64,000 nucleotides of DNA from NCBI GenBank assembly GCA_041651095.1, contig JBAZJV010000003.1, positions 80,293 through 144,292 on the forward strand. Reading direction: 5' to 3'. This stretch comes from Patescibacteria group bacterium (GTDB lineage Bacteria; Patescibacteriota; Patescibacteriia; Patescibacteriales; UBA12465). This document shows positions 36,750-44,145 of the stretch, one piece after another (position 1 is the first letter of the stretch; each line of letters starts with the position of its first letter). The notes below the pieces were generated by a model. That model saw only the letters and a program-made list of their open reading frames with translations. It did no database searches and had not been told where the DNA came from. Position numbers and translations under genes: made by a program.

Positions 36750-37313
36750 TTATTTCATCGTCAATAATTTCATAAGAATAGCGTGCCTGACCCTGATTTC
36801 TTTTTTGGCGAACGGAAAAAATATCTTTTTGTTATAATCTCGATCCAATTTTTCCAAAGCCCAAGCTTTGAACTTGGCCAGGCTGTCCCAGCCGGTAACG
36901 GCGATTTGCAAATAAAAATCATTCACGTAGTGGGTCATGGCGTCGGCGGTCGCTAAAATCTTCCCTTCCAATGTTCGGGGCATCAAGCGGTCGCAACTGT
37001 GAGACAGGATAATATCCTGCACTTTCTTGATCTTATCGGGCGGGTAGCCGTATTCTTTCATTATTTTTTTCGCCTCGCTCGCTCCTATTTTTTGATGATC
37101 GCCCTTTATTCCTCTGACCCTTTGGATATCATGCAACCAAACGCCCAATAAGACCAGTTCCCGATCAGCTTTAGGTAGTCTGCTCAGCAGGAAATTGGCG
37201 TATTTTTCCACCGCCAAGAGATGGCGGTCATAAAACCAGGGGTTGATACGGCCCAGATTATAACATTCGTTTTTAACCTTGTTCTTGATTTGCTTGATGG
37301 TTTTAAGAGTCAT
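36750..37313 (-). CDS. HD-domain phosphohydrolase
   Basis: LGVWLHDIQR (the H...HD...D pattern). Confidence 0.65.
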   Translation of the reverse strand: MTLKTIKQIKNKVKNECYNLGRINPWFYDRHLLAVEKYANFLLSRLPKADRELVLLGVWLHDIQRVRGIKGDHQKIGASEAKKIMKEYGYPPDKIKKVQDIILSHSCDRLMPRTLEGKILATADAMTHYVNDFYLQIAVTGWDSLAKFKAWALEKLDRDYNKKIFFPFAKKEIRVRHAILMKLLTMK

Positions 37314-38088
37314 AGATTTTTGCTTGAGGATTTATGATCTGCAATAATTTCCGGTGCAGCGGCTTATTGGCCGCCAGCATCTCCCGATCCTTTAAAGACC
37401 AGGTCTTACCTTGGAAATTAGTAACTTTGCAGCCCGCTTCGGAAAGAATCAATGAGGGAGCGGCATAATCCCATAGTCCCCCGCCACGAGAGACTCGCCA
37501 GTCTCTCCGGCCATCGGCCTGATACATGGCGCTGACACCGGCCGACCCCAAAGCGCTTATCCAAAATTTTTCTCTTTTCGCGTGTTTTAATAATTGATAC
37601 AAATTTGCCACGTTTTTCTGAGTCAGATTGGAGCCGACTATCCCCCAACTGTTTTCCCAGATTTTTTGTCGCGAGCAGGCAATTTTTTTGCCGTTCAAGA
37701 AAGCCCCTTGGCCTTTCTTGGCAAAAAACAACTCATCGGTGCAAGGATTATATATCGCGGCCAGTTCCATCTTCTCCCGGCAGGCTAAGCCGACCATTAC
37801 CGCGAACAGCGGCGTTCTATGCAGGAAATTGCGAGTGCCGTCCAGCGGATCTATGATCCAGCAATATTCCGCACCAACCTGATACAAGCCCGTTTCTTCG
37901 GATATTATCGCGTGAGACGGGTATTTCCGTTTAATCGCTTTTATAATAATATTATTGGCCGCTAAATCCGCCTCAGTAACGATATCAGCCGCGTCTTTTT
38001 TTGTATACTTAAGCCCGACTTTTCCGAATTTCTTCAGAACGGCGGCTCCCGCCGCCCGGGTTATCTGTTTAATAAACCTCTCTGTCAT
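37303..38088 (-). CDS. inositol monophosphatase/SuhB/CysQ-family phosphatase
   Basis: ISEETG, WIIDPLDGTRNF, GSAGVS...WDYAA. I prefer the start at MTERF (38088), because the 13 upstream ORF codons lie in an intergenic repeat. Confidence 0.8.
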   Translation of the reverse strand: MTERFIKQITRAAGAAVLKKFGKVGLKYTKKDAADIVTEADLAANNIIIKAIKRKYPSHAIISEETGLYQVGAEYCWIIDPLDGTRNFLHRTPLFAVMVGLACREKMELAAIYNPCTDELFFAKKGQGAFLNGKKIACSRQKIWENSWGIVGSNLTQKNVANLYQLLKHAKREKFWISALGSAGVSAMYQADGRRDWRVSRGGGLWDYAAPSLILSEAGCKVTNFQGKTWSLKDREMLAANKPLHRKLLQIINPQAKIYDS

Positions 38089-38096
38089 ATATGAAT

Positions 38097-38140
38097 AAAA
38101 TACCACGAAAATCCGGGCACTGTCCATTAACCCGCGACCG
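38097..38140 (-). repeat. weak copy of the island repeat (TTAATGGACAG module plus hairpin)
   Basis: The minus strand reads GCGGGTTAATGGACAGTGCCCGGATTTTCGTGGTATTTT and shares G(A/G)GTTAATGGACAG with the copy at 39671-39716. Confidence 0.35.
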
Positions 38141-38190
38141 CGAAGGCGCGCCAGCGGCGCCTGCTTTAAGCATATTTTTATTTTTATTAA

Positions 38191-38529
38191 TTAACACGCT
38201 TGCTCAAATTTAACGATTTTCTTGATAACCGCCCCTTGAAACAATCTGAAGGCCGGGCGCTTCTCTTTTTCATAAATCATCGGGACGCCCAAGAGCCGCC
38301 CGCATTTCCGGCAAACCAACGGCGGCAACGATTTAAAAGATTTGCCGGCCAAATCGCTGTAATCTTTTGATTTATATATCCTGTCCAGATACATTCTTTT
38401 CAATATTCCGGGACCGTCCTTTTGATAAAATCCCACAATCTGGCCGCAACCTTCGCAGCTGATTTCCAATAACCGCGAATATCCGCCCCGGTTTTTCTTG
38501 TATTTATCATTTTTCAATTTATTTTTCAT
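38191..38529 (-). CDS. hypothetical protein with two CxxC pairs (zinc ribbon-like)
   Basis: CEGCG...CRKCG; basic N-terminus; no recognisable family. Confidence 0.5.
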   Translation of the reverse strand: MKNKLKNDKYKKNRGGYSRLLEISCEGCGQIVGFYQKDGPGILKRMYLDRIYKSKDYSDLAGKSFKSLPPLVCRKCGRLLGVPMIYEKEKRPAFRLFQGAVIKKIVKFEQAC

Positions 38530-38574
38530 AATCTAATAGTAGCATATCGCTTAGAAGCTTTAAACCCGCCGCTA

Positions 38575-38638
38575 AAAATAGCCCGGAAATAGGGCTATTT
38601 AAACAGCGCAAAGCTTGGAATACAATTGGAACGAACGG
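38575..38638 (-). repeat. island repeat copy (decayed tRNA-Gln T-loop/acceptor-like motif plus hairpin) after the HNH gene
   Basis: The minus strand reads CCGTTCGTTCCAATTGTATTCCAAGCTTTG...AAATAGCCCTATTTCCGGGCTATTTTT. Confidence 0.45.
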
Positions 38639-38676
38639 TTTATTATATCAAATCGACCGAAGCCACCCCCTTGACT

Positions 38677-39087
38677 TTAGAAGATAATTTTATGCTTTTT
38701 AAAAGAGTTGCACCTTTTACATGCTATTCTTAGATTTGAAATATCGTTAGAGCCGAAACTTTGGCTAGCAACTTTTTTCCCAAATTCAGGCTTTAATTTT
38801 CTTAAAAGCTTATTAAGTTTATTAGTTGAAAGCGGTATAAAATGATCAACGTCAAATTTCTTTATTTCGCCGCAATCTGGACATAAATTTAATTGGCATT
38901 TTTCCCCATGTTTTGAAATTAATTCTTTATAAATTTTATTCCTGATTAAATTAAATTCTTTTCTTTTGGTCTGCGGATTTCTAAAATCAAACATTCTTGA
39001 AAATTTTTTTTCAAATAAAATCTTATCGCCGTTCGCTAATTTTTTGAGAAAATAATTGTAATCCGTTTTATATCGGAAATTGTCCAT
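38677..39087 (-). CDS. HNH endonuclease
   Basis: CPDCG...DVDHFIPLS...N...CKRCNSFKKHK (HNH with a Zn-binding Cys pair). Confidence 0.7.
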   Translation of the reverse strand: MDNFRYKTDYNYFLKKLANGDKILFEKKFSRMFDFRNPQTKRKEFNLIRNKIYKELISKHGEKCQLNLCPDCGEIKKFDVDHFIPLSTNKLNKLLRKLKPEFGKKVASQSFGSNDISNLRIACKRCNSFKKHKIIF

Positions 39088-39150
39088 GACACTAATATTT
39101 TATAACTTTACCAAAAAAGATGACAACCAATAGCCAGAATTATACGAGTT

Positions 39151-39179
39151 TATCGGAGTCCGAGACATAGTTGGAACTG
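39151..39179 (-). repeat. island repeat copy after the NUDIX gene at 39199-39645
   Basis: The minus strand reads CAGTTCCAACTATGTCTCGGACTCCGATA (20/26 identical to the copy at 43434-43461). Confidence 0.45.
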
Positions 39180-39198
39180 TTATAAACATAGCGAACCG

Positions 39199-39645
39199 CT
39201 AATCATTCCAACCAAGTTCACTAAAAAATATATTATCATTAATTTTATTCAAGGCCTGTTTTACTTCAGGAGCAATATTATCAGGGAGAGCATCTAATTT
39301 AAACCATTTCAATTCACTGCATTTATCAGGCTCCATATTTGTGATTTCCCCGGTCCACTTCTTTACTTTTAAGTAAACATCGAAATATTCACGGTCTGGT
39401 CTAAATCTGTGAAGCACATGAACCACCTCTGAATCCTTAGGGGAAATTACTATATTTGCTTCTTCCAATGCTTCCCTTGATATGCATTGTCCAGCCGTTT
39501 CACCGCCATCAAAATGTCCTGATACTAAGCTATAGTTCCCATCCTGATATCCAGTATTATAACGTTTTGAAAGTAAAACTTTATCGTCTTCCATTAAAAC
39601 TAAATAAGCAGCTGCGTAGGGCCTGAATCTGTCTTCTTTAGACAT
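39199..39645 (-). CDS. NUDIX hydrolase
   Basis: Nudix box GHFDGGETAGQCISREALEEANI. Confidence 0.8.
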   Translation of the reverse strand: MSKEDRFRPYAAAYLVLMEDDKVLLSKRYNTGYQDGNYSLVSGHFDGGETAGQCISREALEEANIVISPKDSEVVHVLHRFRPDREYFDVYLKVKKWTGEITNMEPDKCSELKWFKLDALPDNIAPEVKQALNKINDNIFFSELGWND

Positions 39646-39670
39646 ATTATTAATAATTATTTATATAACA

Positions 39671-39716
39671 AAAATACCACGACAAGTGGTATTCTGTCCA
39701 TTAACTCGGGATTTGT
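39671..39716 (-). repeat. island repeat copy (acceptor-like CCCGAG + TTAATGGACAGAATACCAC hairpin) after the nitroreductase gene
   Basis: The minus strand reads AAATCCCGAGTTAATGGACAGAATACCACTTGTCGTGGTATTTTT. The hairpin plus T-run also serves as a terminator. Confidence 0.5.
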
Positions 39717-39724
39717 TAAAAAAT

Positions 39725-40249
39725 TTAAATAATAATTTCCTCCAATTTCTTCCTTTCTCTCGGTCTTGATTCGCCACCCGGAAAACCAAAAGGGATCATA
39801 ATTAATGGCCGCAAATTATTATGTAGCGCCAGGGCTTTTTTAACTTCATCCTCATTAAAAGATCCGATCCAAACCGAAGCCAATCCCTTGGAAGCTATGA
39901 CAAGCTGCAAATAAGCCGCCAATATAGTTGCATCTTGAAGTGCATAAAGAAGTTTCCCTCTCTCTTTAAATACTGTTTCCGATTCCGCCGGGTCGGCGCA
40001 AATAACAAAAATTACCGGCGCGCTCATGATTGATTCTTGTTTGGTAAAATTTCTAGTAAAAGTCGCTTCTTTCAGCAACTCTCTTTTATCTTTAGTCCTG
40101 ACAATTTTAACCTTATAGGCTTGAAGATTGCCGGCCGAAGGAGCCAGTTGAGCCAAACTTAAAATCTCCCGCACTATTTCTTCAGAAATTTCAGTTGGCT
40201 GGAACTTTCTGATTGATTTTCTGCTTTCTAAAACATTATTGAAGTCCAT
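39725..40249 (-). CDS. nitroreductase-family protein
   Basis: RKSIRKF, PSAGNLQ, and a C-terminal FGFP pattern. Confidence 0.8.
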   Translation of the reverse strand: MDFNNVLESRKSIRKFQPTEISEEIVREILSLAQLAPSAGNLQAYKVKIVRTKDKRELLKEATFTRNFTKQESIMSAPVIFVICADPAESETVFKERGKLLYALQDATILAAYLQLVIASKGLASVWIGSFNEDEVKKALALHNNLRPLIMIPFGFPGGESRPRERKKLEEIII

Positions 40250-40269
40250 AAAGTGAAACCTTTTACTAT

Positions 40270-40662
40270 CTAAAAACCAAAATGCTTAAGAGTCGGCTTG
40301 ATATTAGGAGCTATAGCTTCTTTATCTAGATCATTTATATCTATCCAGCGCCATTCTCTAATGTCTTCCCCTGGTGTTATTTCGCCGATTCTTCTGGCTA
40401 AAAAATGAACCAATACGACGCTGACTTTCATCCCATCTTTTTCTTTTTCAGTATAAAATAAATATGGCTCATTATCCGTTATTTCTACATCTAACCCCAT
40501 TTCTTCCTTGACTTCCCTTTTGGCTGTTTCTTTTAAATCAATATCGCTTTCCTCAATCCGACCGCCACAGAACTTCCAAAAATTGTCTTTCCCATCTTTG
40601 TTTAATAAAACTTTATTATTTTCCACTATAACCGGCCCCGAAGCAATTATTATTTTAAGCAT
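40270..40662 (-). CDS. NUDIX hydrolase
   Basis: Nudix box GGRIEESDIDLKETAKREVKEEMGL. Confidence 0.8.
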   Translation of the reverse strand: MLKIIIASGPVIVENNKVLLNKDGKDNFWKFCGGRIEESDIDLKETAKREVKEEMGLDVEITDNEPYLFYTEKEKDGMKVSVVLVHFLARRIGEITPGEDIREWRWIDINDLDKEAIAPNIKPTLKHFGF

Positions 40663-40773
40663 AATATTGATCTATTTTAATATTAACACCGTCCATTCCA
40701 AACTTCAATATAAAAAGACCCGAGCCGGATATACCCGGATCAGGTCTTTCTTTGAATCTAAATTCGGATCAGA

Positions 40774-41250
40774 CTATTTGACTGGCACGCATAAGTCAGT
40801 CAGGAATACGCCGCCATCCTTTTTCGGGTCATTGCGGTAAATTTCCAAACAAGGCTTATTATCCGGTTCATAACCGCTTTGCGGCAGCCATTCCCGATAC
40901 AATTCATCCCAGGCCTGTTCAAAACCGGCCGTGTCTTTGACTTTTACCCTGGCGACAGCATACTTGCCGGCCGGCAGGGTTTCCAGGTTCAAACCACTGC
41001 CCGAAATCTCGGTCCCAGCCGGCACGCTCAGGCAGATATCAACGCGGAGTTTGTCCTCGTCAGTAATCTTCGGGTCATCATAATAAGCGCTGAGAAACAT
41101 GGCCTCGGGCGTCAATAAGCCTCTTGGCCCGGCCCAGCCGCATAAGCGTCCGAAAGCTTGGTCGAAAAGAGCGCTGTTATTCTTAAAATTACCGATATGA
41201 CGGACATAGGCCACTGTCAAGGCGGGCATTTCTTGGATCTTAACTTCCAT
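40774..41250 (-). CDS. GyrI-like small-molecule-binding domain protein
   Basis: MPALTVAYVRHIGNF...E.cLSVP..., a typical GyrI-like/AraC effector-binding fold pattern. Confidence 0.7.
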   Translation of the reverse strand: MEVKIQEMPALTVAYVRHIGNFKNNSALFDQAFGRLCGWAGPRGLLTPEAMFLSAYYDDPKITDEDKLRVDICLSVPAGTEISGSGLNLETLPAGKYAVARVKVKDTAGFEQAWDELYREWLPQSGYEPDNKPCLEIYRNDPKKDGGVFLTDLCVPVK

Positions 41251-41430
41251 ATTGCTTGGCTTAAAATTATTAATAATGATTCGACCTTTATTTTTATTTA
41301 TTAAATACTATTTTCGGTTTTGTTTCGGTTATGATATTAATATAACAAACTTTTAAAAATATGGCTAGCTCCGGCGTCTCGGCCATTTATGAACACATCA
41401 CTGACCTAAGGGAAATAACATCCTGGCAAC

Positions 41431-41491
41431 AAAAATACTGGCATAATGCCAGTATTTTTATTTAGCTCGAGGTTTGGGATATAATCGAAAC
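41431..41491 (-). repeat. best-preserved island repeat: copy of the tRNA-Gln 3' end plus its terminator hairpin
   Basis: The minus strand reads GTTTCGATTATATCCCAAACCTCGAGCTAAATAAAAATACTGGCATTATGCCAGTATTTTT. Compare the tRNA-Gln flank GGTTCGAATCCCTGTCCCCGAGCTAAATAAAAAATACTGCTATATAGCAGTATTTTTT. Confidence 0.7.
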
Positions 41492-41508
41492 TTTTATAAT
41501 TCCTTGTA

Positions 41509-41904
41509 CTAGGCTGATTGTTTTTTATATTGGGACAGACCAAGGATATTGCCCTCGGAATCCTTAAACCAGGCCAAGAAACCCATGGCGCCATTTTCTC
41601 CCAGAGGGGTTTTCCCTCTCACAATCGCTCCTCCCTGAGCGACAATTTTTTCAAGCGTGGCGTCGATATCCTCCACGTCAACGTAGAACATCGGATAAGG
41701 CATCTGCGGATCGCGTTTGCTGGATCCGCCATTTATAAATCCCGGCGCGGTTGGCTGCATCTTTTCGTCAACCGGACCGGTTTGCCAACTAGTATAACCA
41801 AATTTTTCCCATTCAAACGGTTGCCAGCCAAAAACATTTTGATAAAAAGATTTGGCCCTGTCTTTATTATCCCACGGAAACTCAAAATGTGTAACTTTAT
41901 TCAT
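41509..41904 (-). CDS. VOC-family (glyoxalase/bleomycin-resistance fold) protein
   Basis: VTHFEFPWDNKDRAKSFYQNVFGW... and the C-terminal WFKDSEGNILGL. Confidence 0.75.
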   Translation of the reverse strand: MNKVTHFEFPWDNKDRAKSFYQNVFGWQPFEWEKFGYTSWQTGPVDEKMQPTAPGFINGGSSKRDPQMPYPMFYVDVEDIDATLEKIVAQGGAIVRGKTPLGENGAMGFLAWFKDSEGNILGLSQYKKQSA

Positions 41905-41971
41905 AAATTTAAATTTATGTTTTAAATATGTGACCAGAATAGCACAAGAAGTAATATTTTGTAAACCTAGA

Positions 41972-41996
41972 TCGCCTGGAGGGAATATTTTCGGAC
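41972..41996 (-). repeat. degenerate island repeat copy after the ArsM-like gene
   Basis: The minus strand reads GTCCGAAAATATTCCCTCCAGGCGAT (GGGA-TAT..TCG.AC core on the + strand). Confidence 0.35.
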
Positions 41997-42027
41997 TTTT
42001 TATGAAAGCCTCTTAATAAATTAGCGT

Positions 42028-42759
42028 CTATTTTGTCAATTCAACCATTATACTTTCTAAGGGCATGCCACCATATTGCTGCTTGCTAATATCGGGGTTC
42101 TCATAAAGAATCCTGACTTGGAAACCGGCATTCTTGATTTTATTTAAATATTCATCTCTTAACAGAGCGCCGGCGACGCAACCGGAAATCAACTCATCAT
42201 TGTTTCTCTGCTCTGCTGAGAGTTTTCCCAACAAGACGATATCTGAAAGATAGATTTTGCCACCCACTTTTAACACTCTATATGCTTCGCTGAATGTCTT
42301 AGCTTTATCTGGGGTGAGATTAACCACACAGTTTGTGATTATCATATCTACCGAACTATCTGGCAAAGGAATATTTTCTATTTCTCCCAATAAAAACTCA
42401 ACATTTTGGACACCTTGTTTCTTAGCGTTTTCTTTAGCTTTTTCGACCATTTCTTCCGTCATATCGACACCGATTACCTTTCCTGTGTCGCCCACTCTTT
42501 TCGCCGCTAAAATGGCATCTATACCGGCACCGGAGCCTAGATCAAGAACAATATCACCTGCTTTTATTTTGCTAAAAGCCAAAGGATTGCCACACCCTAG
42601 GCCCATATTCGCTGCGCCAACGGTTTTTAAATCTTCAGCTGTATAACCTATGCTTTTTGATATACTATTTGCGCTATTACAACCACAGCCACACCCCGAA
42701 TTGCTCGCCGCTATTTTTCCATAAGCATTTTTAACTATCTTTTTAATATCCTTTTCCAT
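42028..42759 (-). CDS. arsM: arsenite methyltransferase-like SAM-dependent methyltransferase
   Basis: N-terminal GCGCGC cysteine cluster, SAM motif VLDLGSGAGID, and downstream ISGCVAGA, as in the ArsM/UbiE-type enzymes I recall. Confidence 0.7.
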   Translation of the reverse strand: MEKDIKKIVKNAYGKIAASNSGCGCGCNSANSISKSIGYTAEDLKTVGAANMGLGCGNPLAFSKIKAGDIVLDLGSGAGIDAILAAKRVGDTGKVIGVDMTEEMVEKAKENAKKQGVQNVEFLLGEIENIPLPDSSVDMIITNCVVNLTPDKAKTFSEAYRVLKVGGKIYLSDIVLLGKLSAEQRNNDELISGCVAGALLRDEYLNKIKNAGFQVRILYENPDISKQQYGGMPLESIMVELTK

Positions 42760-42815
42760 ATAATCTTAAGAATTTAATTAATAACAGATTAAATTTAATT
42801 ATTCCCTTTTATTAA

Positions 42816-42854
42816 TGGTATTTTGTCCATTAGCTCGATGTTTAGGATATCATC
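42816..42854 (-). repeat. island repeat copy after the toxin gene
   Basis: The minus strand reads GATGATATCCTAAACATCGAGCTAATGGACAAAATACCA (22/26 identical to the copy at 41464-41491). Confidence 0.55.
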
Positions 42855-42865
42855 AAAACGGTTAC

Positions 42866-43111
42866 TTAGTAACTATTGTAGGTTTTATCAGATCTTCTCT
42901 CAATAGTTAAAATGAAATATCGGCCAGCGCCTTGTTTTTTAAAAATTATTCTCAATTTCCCTTTTCTGATACGAAAAATGTCATCGCAATTTTTCAACTT
43001 TTTCAAATCAAATCCCAACAAAGAACCACTTTTTATTTTTAGTAAGACGCTCTTAATCATTCCCCTTTCCTGCGGTGATAAACTTTGCAATGCTTTAGCG
43101 ATCTTGTCCAT
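42866..43111 (-). CDS. type II toxin, RelE/ParE-like
   Basis: 81 aa with KKLKNCDDIFRIRKGKLRIIFKK...ILTIERRSDKTY, the pattern typical of RelE/ParE toxins. 4 nt downstream of the antitoxin gene. Confidence 0.6.
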   Translation of the reverse strand: MDKIAKALQSLSPQERGMIKSVLLKIKSGSLLGFDLKKLKNCDDIFRIRKGKLRIIFKKQGAGRYFILTIERRSDKTYNSY

Positions 43112-43115
43112 AAGA

Positions 43116-43331
43116 TTACAAGACGGCTAAAAGTTCATCGATATTAACACCACCTTTTTTGATTTTAGCAAAATTGATAACTTCCTCCCATCTATCATCT
43201 TCATTTATCGGAGTCAATTTAAAAAGAGGTTTGCTTTGTTTTAAAACGATGAAAGATTTGCCGGCTTTTACTTCAGTGGCATATTTATCCATATTAAGCC
43301 GCAAATCTTTTAACGCTATTAGATTTTCCAT
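43116..43331 (-). CDS. type II antitoxin, Phd/YefM-like
   Basis: 71 aa; N-terminal LKDLRLNMDKYATEVKAGKSFIVLKQSKPLFKLTP resembles the Phd/YefM fold. Confidence 0.6.
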   Translation of the reverse strand: MENLIALKDLRLNMDKYATEVKAGKSFIVLKQSKPLFKLTPINEDDRWEEVINFAKIKKGGVNIDELLAVL

Positions 43332-43363
43332 ATATTTTGAATTAAATAAATAAGGTTAACTAT

Positions 43364-43392
43364 AGTTTAACAAAAGATTACCCTTGTGTCAA
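43364..43392 (-). promoter_or_regulatory. near-consensus promoter for the TA pair
   Basis: The minus strand reads TTGACA-N17-TAAACT, about 30 nt upstream of the antitoxin ATG. Confidence 0.55.
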
Positions 43393-43398
43393 GAAAAT

Positions 43399-43461
43399 AA
43401 AAATAGGCTTTTAAAACCTATTTTCGCGCTTTACTCGGAGTTTGGGATATACTTGGAACAA
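43399..43461 (-). repeat. island repeat copy (T-loop/acceptor-like motif plus hairpin) after ORF 43522-43785
   Basis: The minus strand reads TTGTTCCAAGTATATCCCAAACTCCGAGTAAAGCGCGAAAATAGGTTTTAAAAGCCTATTTT. Confidence 0.6.
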
Positions 43462-43521
43462 TTTTACACAAAAATAAAAGAGGCGCATACTAAGCAACCT
43501 CTTTTGATAAAATCAAACATT

Positions 43522-43785
43522 TTACAGATCCTTCTCATGGGCAATTCTTCGCCTGTTTACTAAATCTGCTGAGTATTTTCTGAACTTTTTTTCATCCATG
43601 CCAATAATAGCTTGACTGTCCATATCAAGCGAACCGTGGAATTCATCCTTCCTTATCCAGAGGCGATACCATTGGAGTTTAATGCCCCGATGCCAGACAG
43701 ATCTTATAGTTTTTTCTATTCTTAATTTAGTCTCGGATGAAAAATTAAGGCAGAAAAAATATAATTTAATAAATAGCTTATTCAT
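43522..43785 (-). CDS. hypothetical small basic protein (87 aa)
   Basis: Strong SD (AAGGAG, 5 nt before the ATG). W/R/K-rich with no recognisable family. Followed by hairpin 43477-43506. Confidence 0.45.
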   Translation of the reverse strand: MNKLFIKLYFFCLNFSSETKLRIEKTIRSVWHRGIKLQWYRLWIRKDEFHGSLDMDSQAIIGMDEKKFRKYSADLVNRRRIAHEKDL

Positions 43786-43938
43786 TATTACTCCTTTTGT
43801 AAAAAAATATTTTTGAAATATTTATTTAAAAGAACCGTGGTTCCGACAACATATACTTAATATACTTAGGATACTATAAATTCCTTAAAAATACAATTTA
43901 CAATACTCAAACACTTATCGGCTCATTTTTCTTCAATG

Positions 43939-44094
43939 CTCGGGGACAGGGATTTCCGCCTCAGGCGCTCACCAGTTCGCGCCTTCGTTGTCGCGGGTTG
44001 CGTTAAGCATCCCCCGGATGCTTAACGATCGCTCACTGCGTCGTCGGCCTGCTGGCCGCCGACTAGTTCGCTGCAACCCTGTTCGAATCCCCAA
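43939..44094 (-). other. 156-nt GC-rich multi-hairpin element with tRNA-Gln-like termini (candidate ncRNA or folded recombination site)
   Basis: The ends pair as UUGGGGA...UCCCCGA, like the tRNA-Gln acceptor. The 3'-terminal 17 nt are identical to the tRNA-Gln 3' end. Internal hairpins: 44001-44027 (12 bp), 44040-44063 (10 bp, one mismatch), 43964-43983 (5 bp). The strand is assigned only by analogy to the tRNA. Confidence 0.35.
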
Positions 44095-44110
44095 CTCACA
44101 AGATGAAATA

Positions 44111-44140
44111 AAAAATACTGCTATATAGCAGTATTTTTTA
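44111..44140. terminator. bidirectional intrinsic terminator between tRNA-Gln and the structured element
   Basis: AATACTGCTA-TA-TAGCAGTATT perfect stem flanked by an A-run and a T-run. Confidence 0.7.
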
Positions 44141-44145
44141 TTTAG

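Noticed and set aside
37303-38127. Long N-terminal versions of several ORFs (IMPase from 38127, prfA from 51999, ORF from 60309)
   Set aside because: In each case the extension covers an intergenic repeat or hairpin, or produces a non-homologous leader (MDSARIFVVFYSY, MFREFPAPTLFISY, MVICFTFLFI). Internal ATGs at 38088, 52041 and 60279 give canonical N-termini.
41406-41594. 62-aa ORF in the track between the VOC and GyrI-like genes
   Set aside because: It overlaps the 3' end of the VOC gene and runs across the tRNA-derived repeat and terminator hairpin. It has no start context and an implausible composition.
43939-44094. The structured element as tmRNA (the 5' GGGGAUUCGAA resembles the tmRNA 5' tRNA-like domain)
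   Set aside because: It is only ~156 nt. It has no T-arm (GGUUCGAxUCC) before the 3' acceptor strand, no G3-U70 alanine identity pair, and no plausible resume codon or tag ORF. It also does not fit tRNA (no D or anticodon arms) or SRP RNA (no GGAA-loop helix-8 motif).
38089-44145. The accessory region as a classical integron cassette array
   Set aside because: No IntI-like integrase or attI is in the window. The repeats lack the attC R''/R' core sites (RYYYAAC/GTTRRRY). The repeats instead derive from a tRNA 3' end, so only the layout is integron-like.
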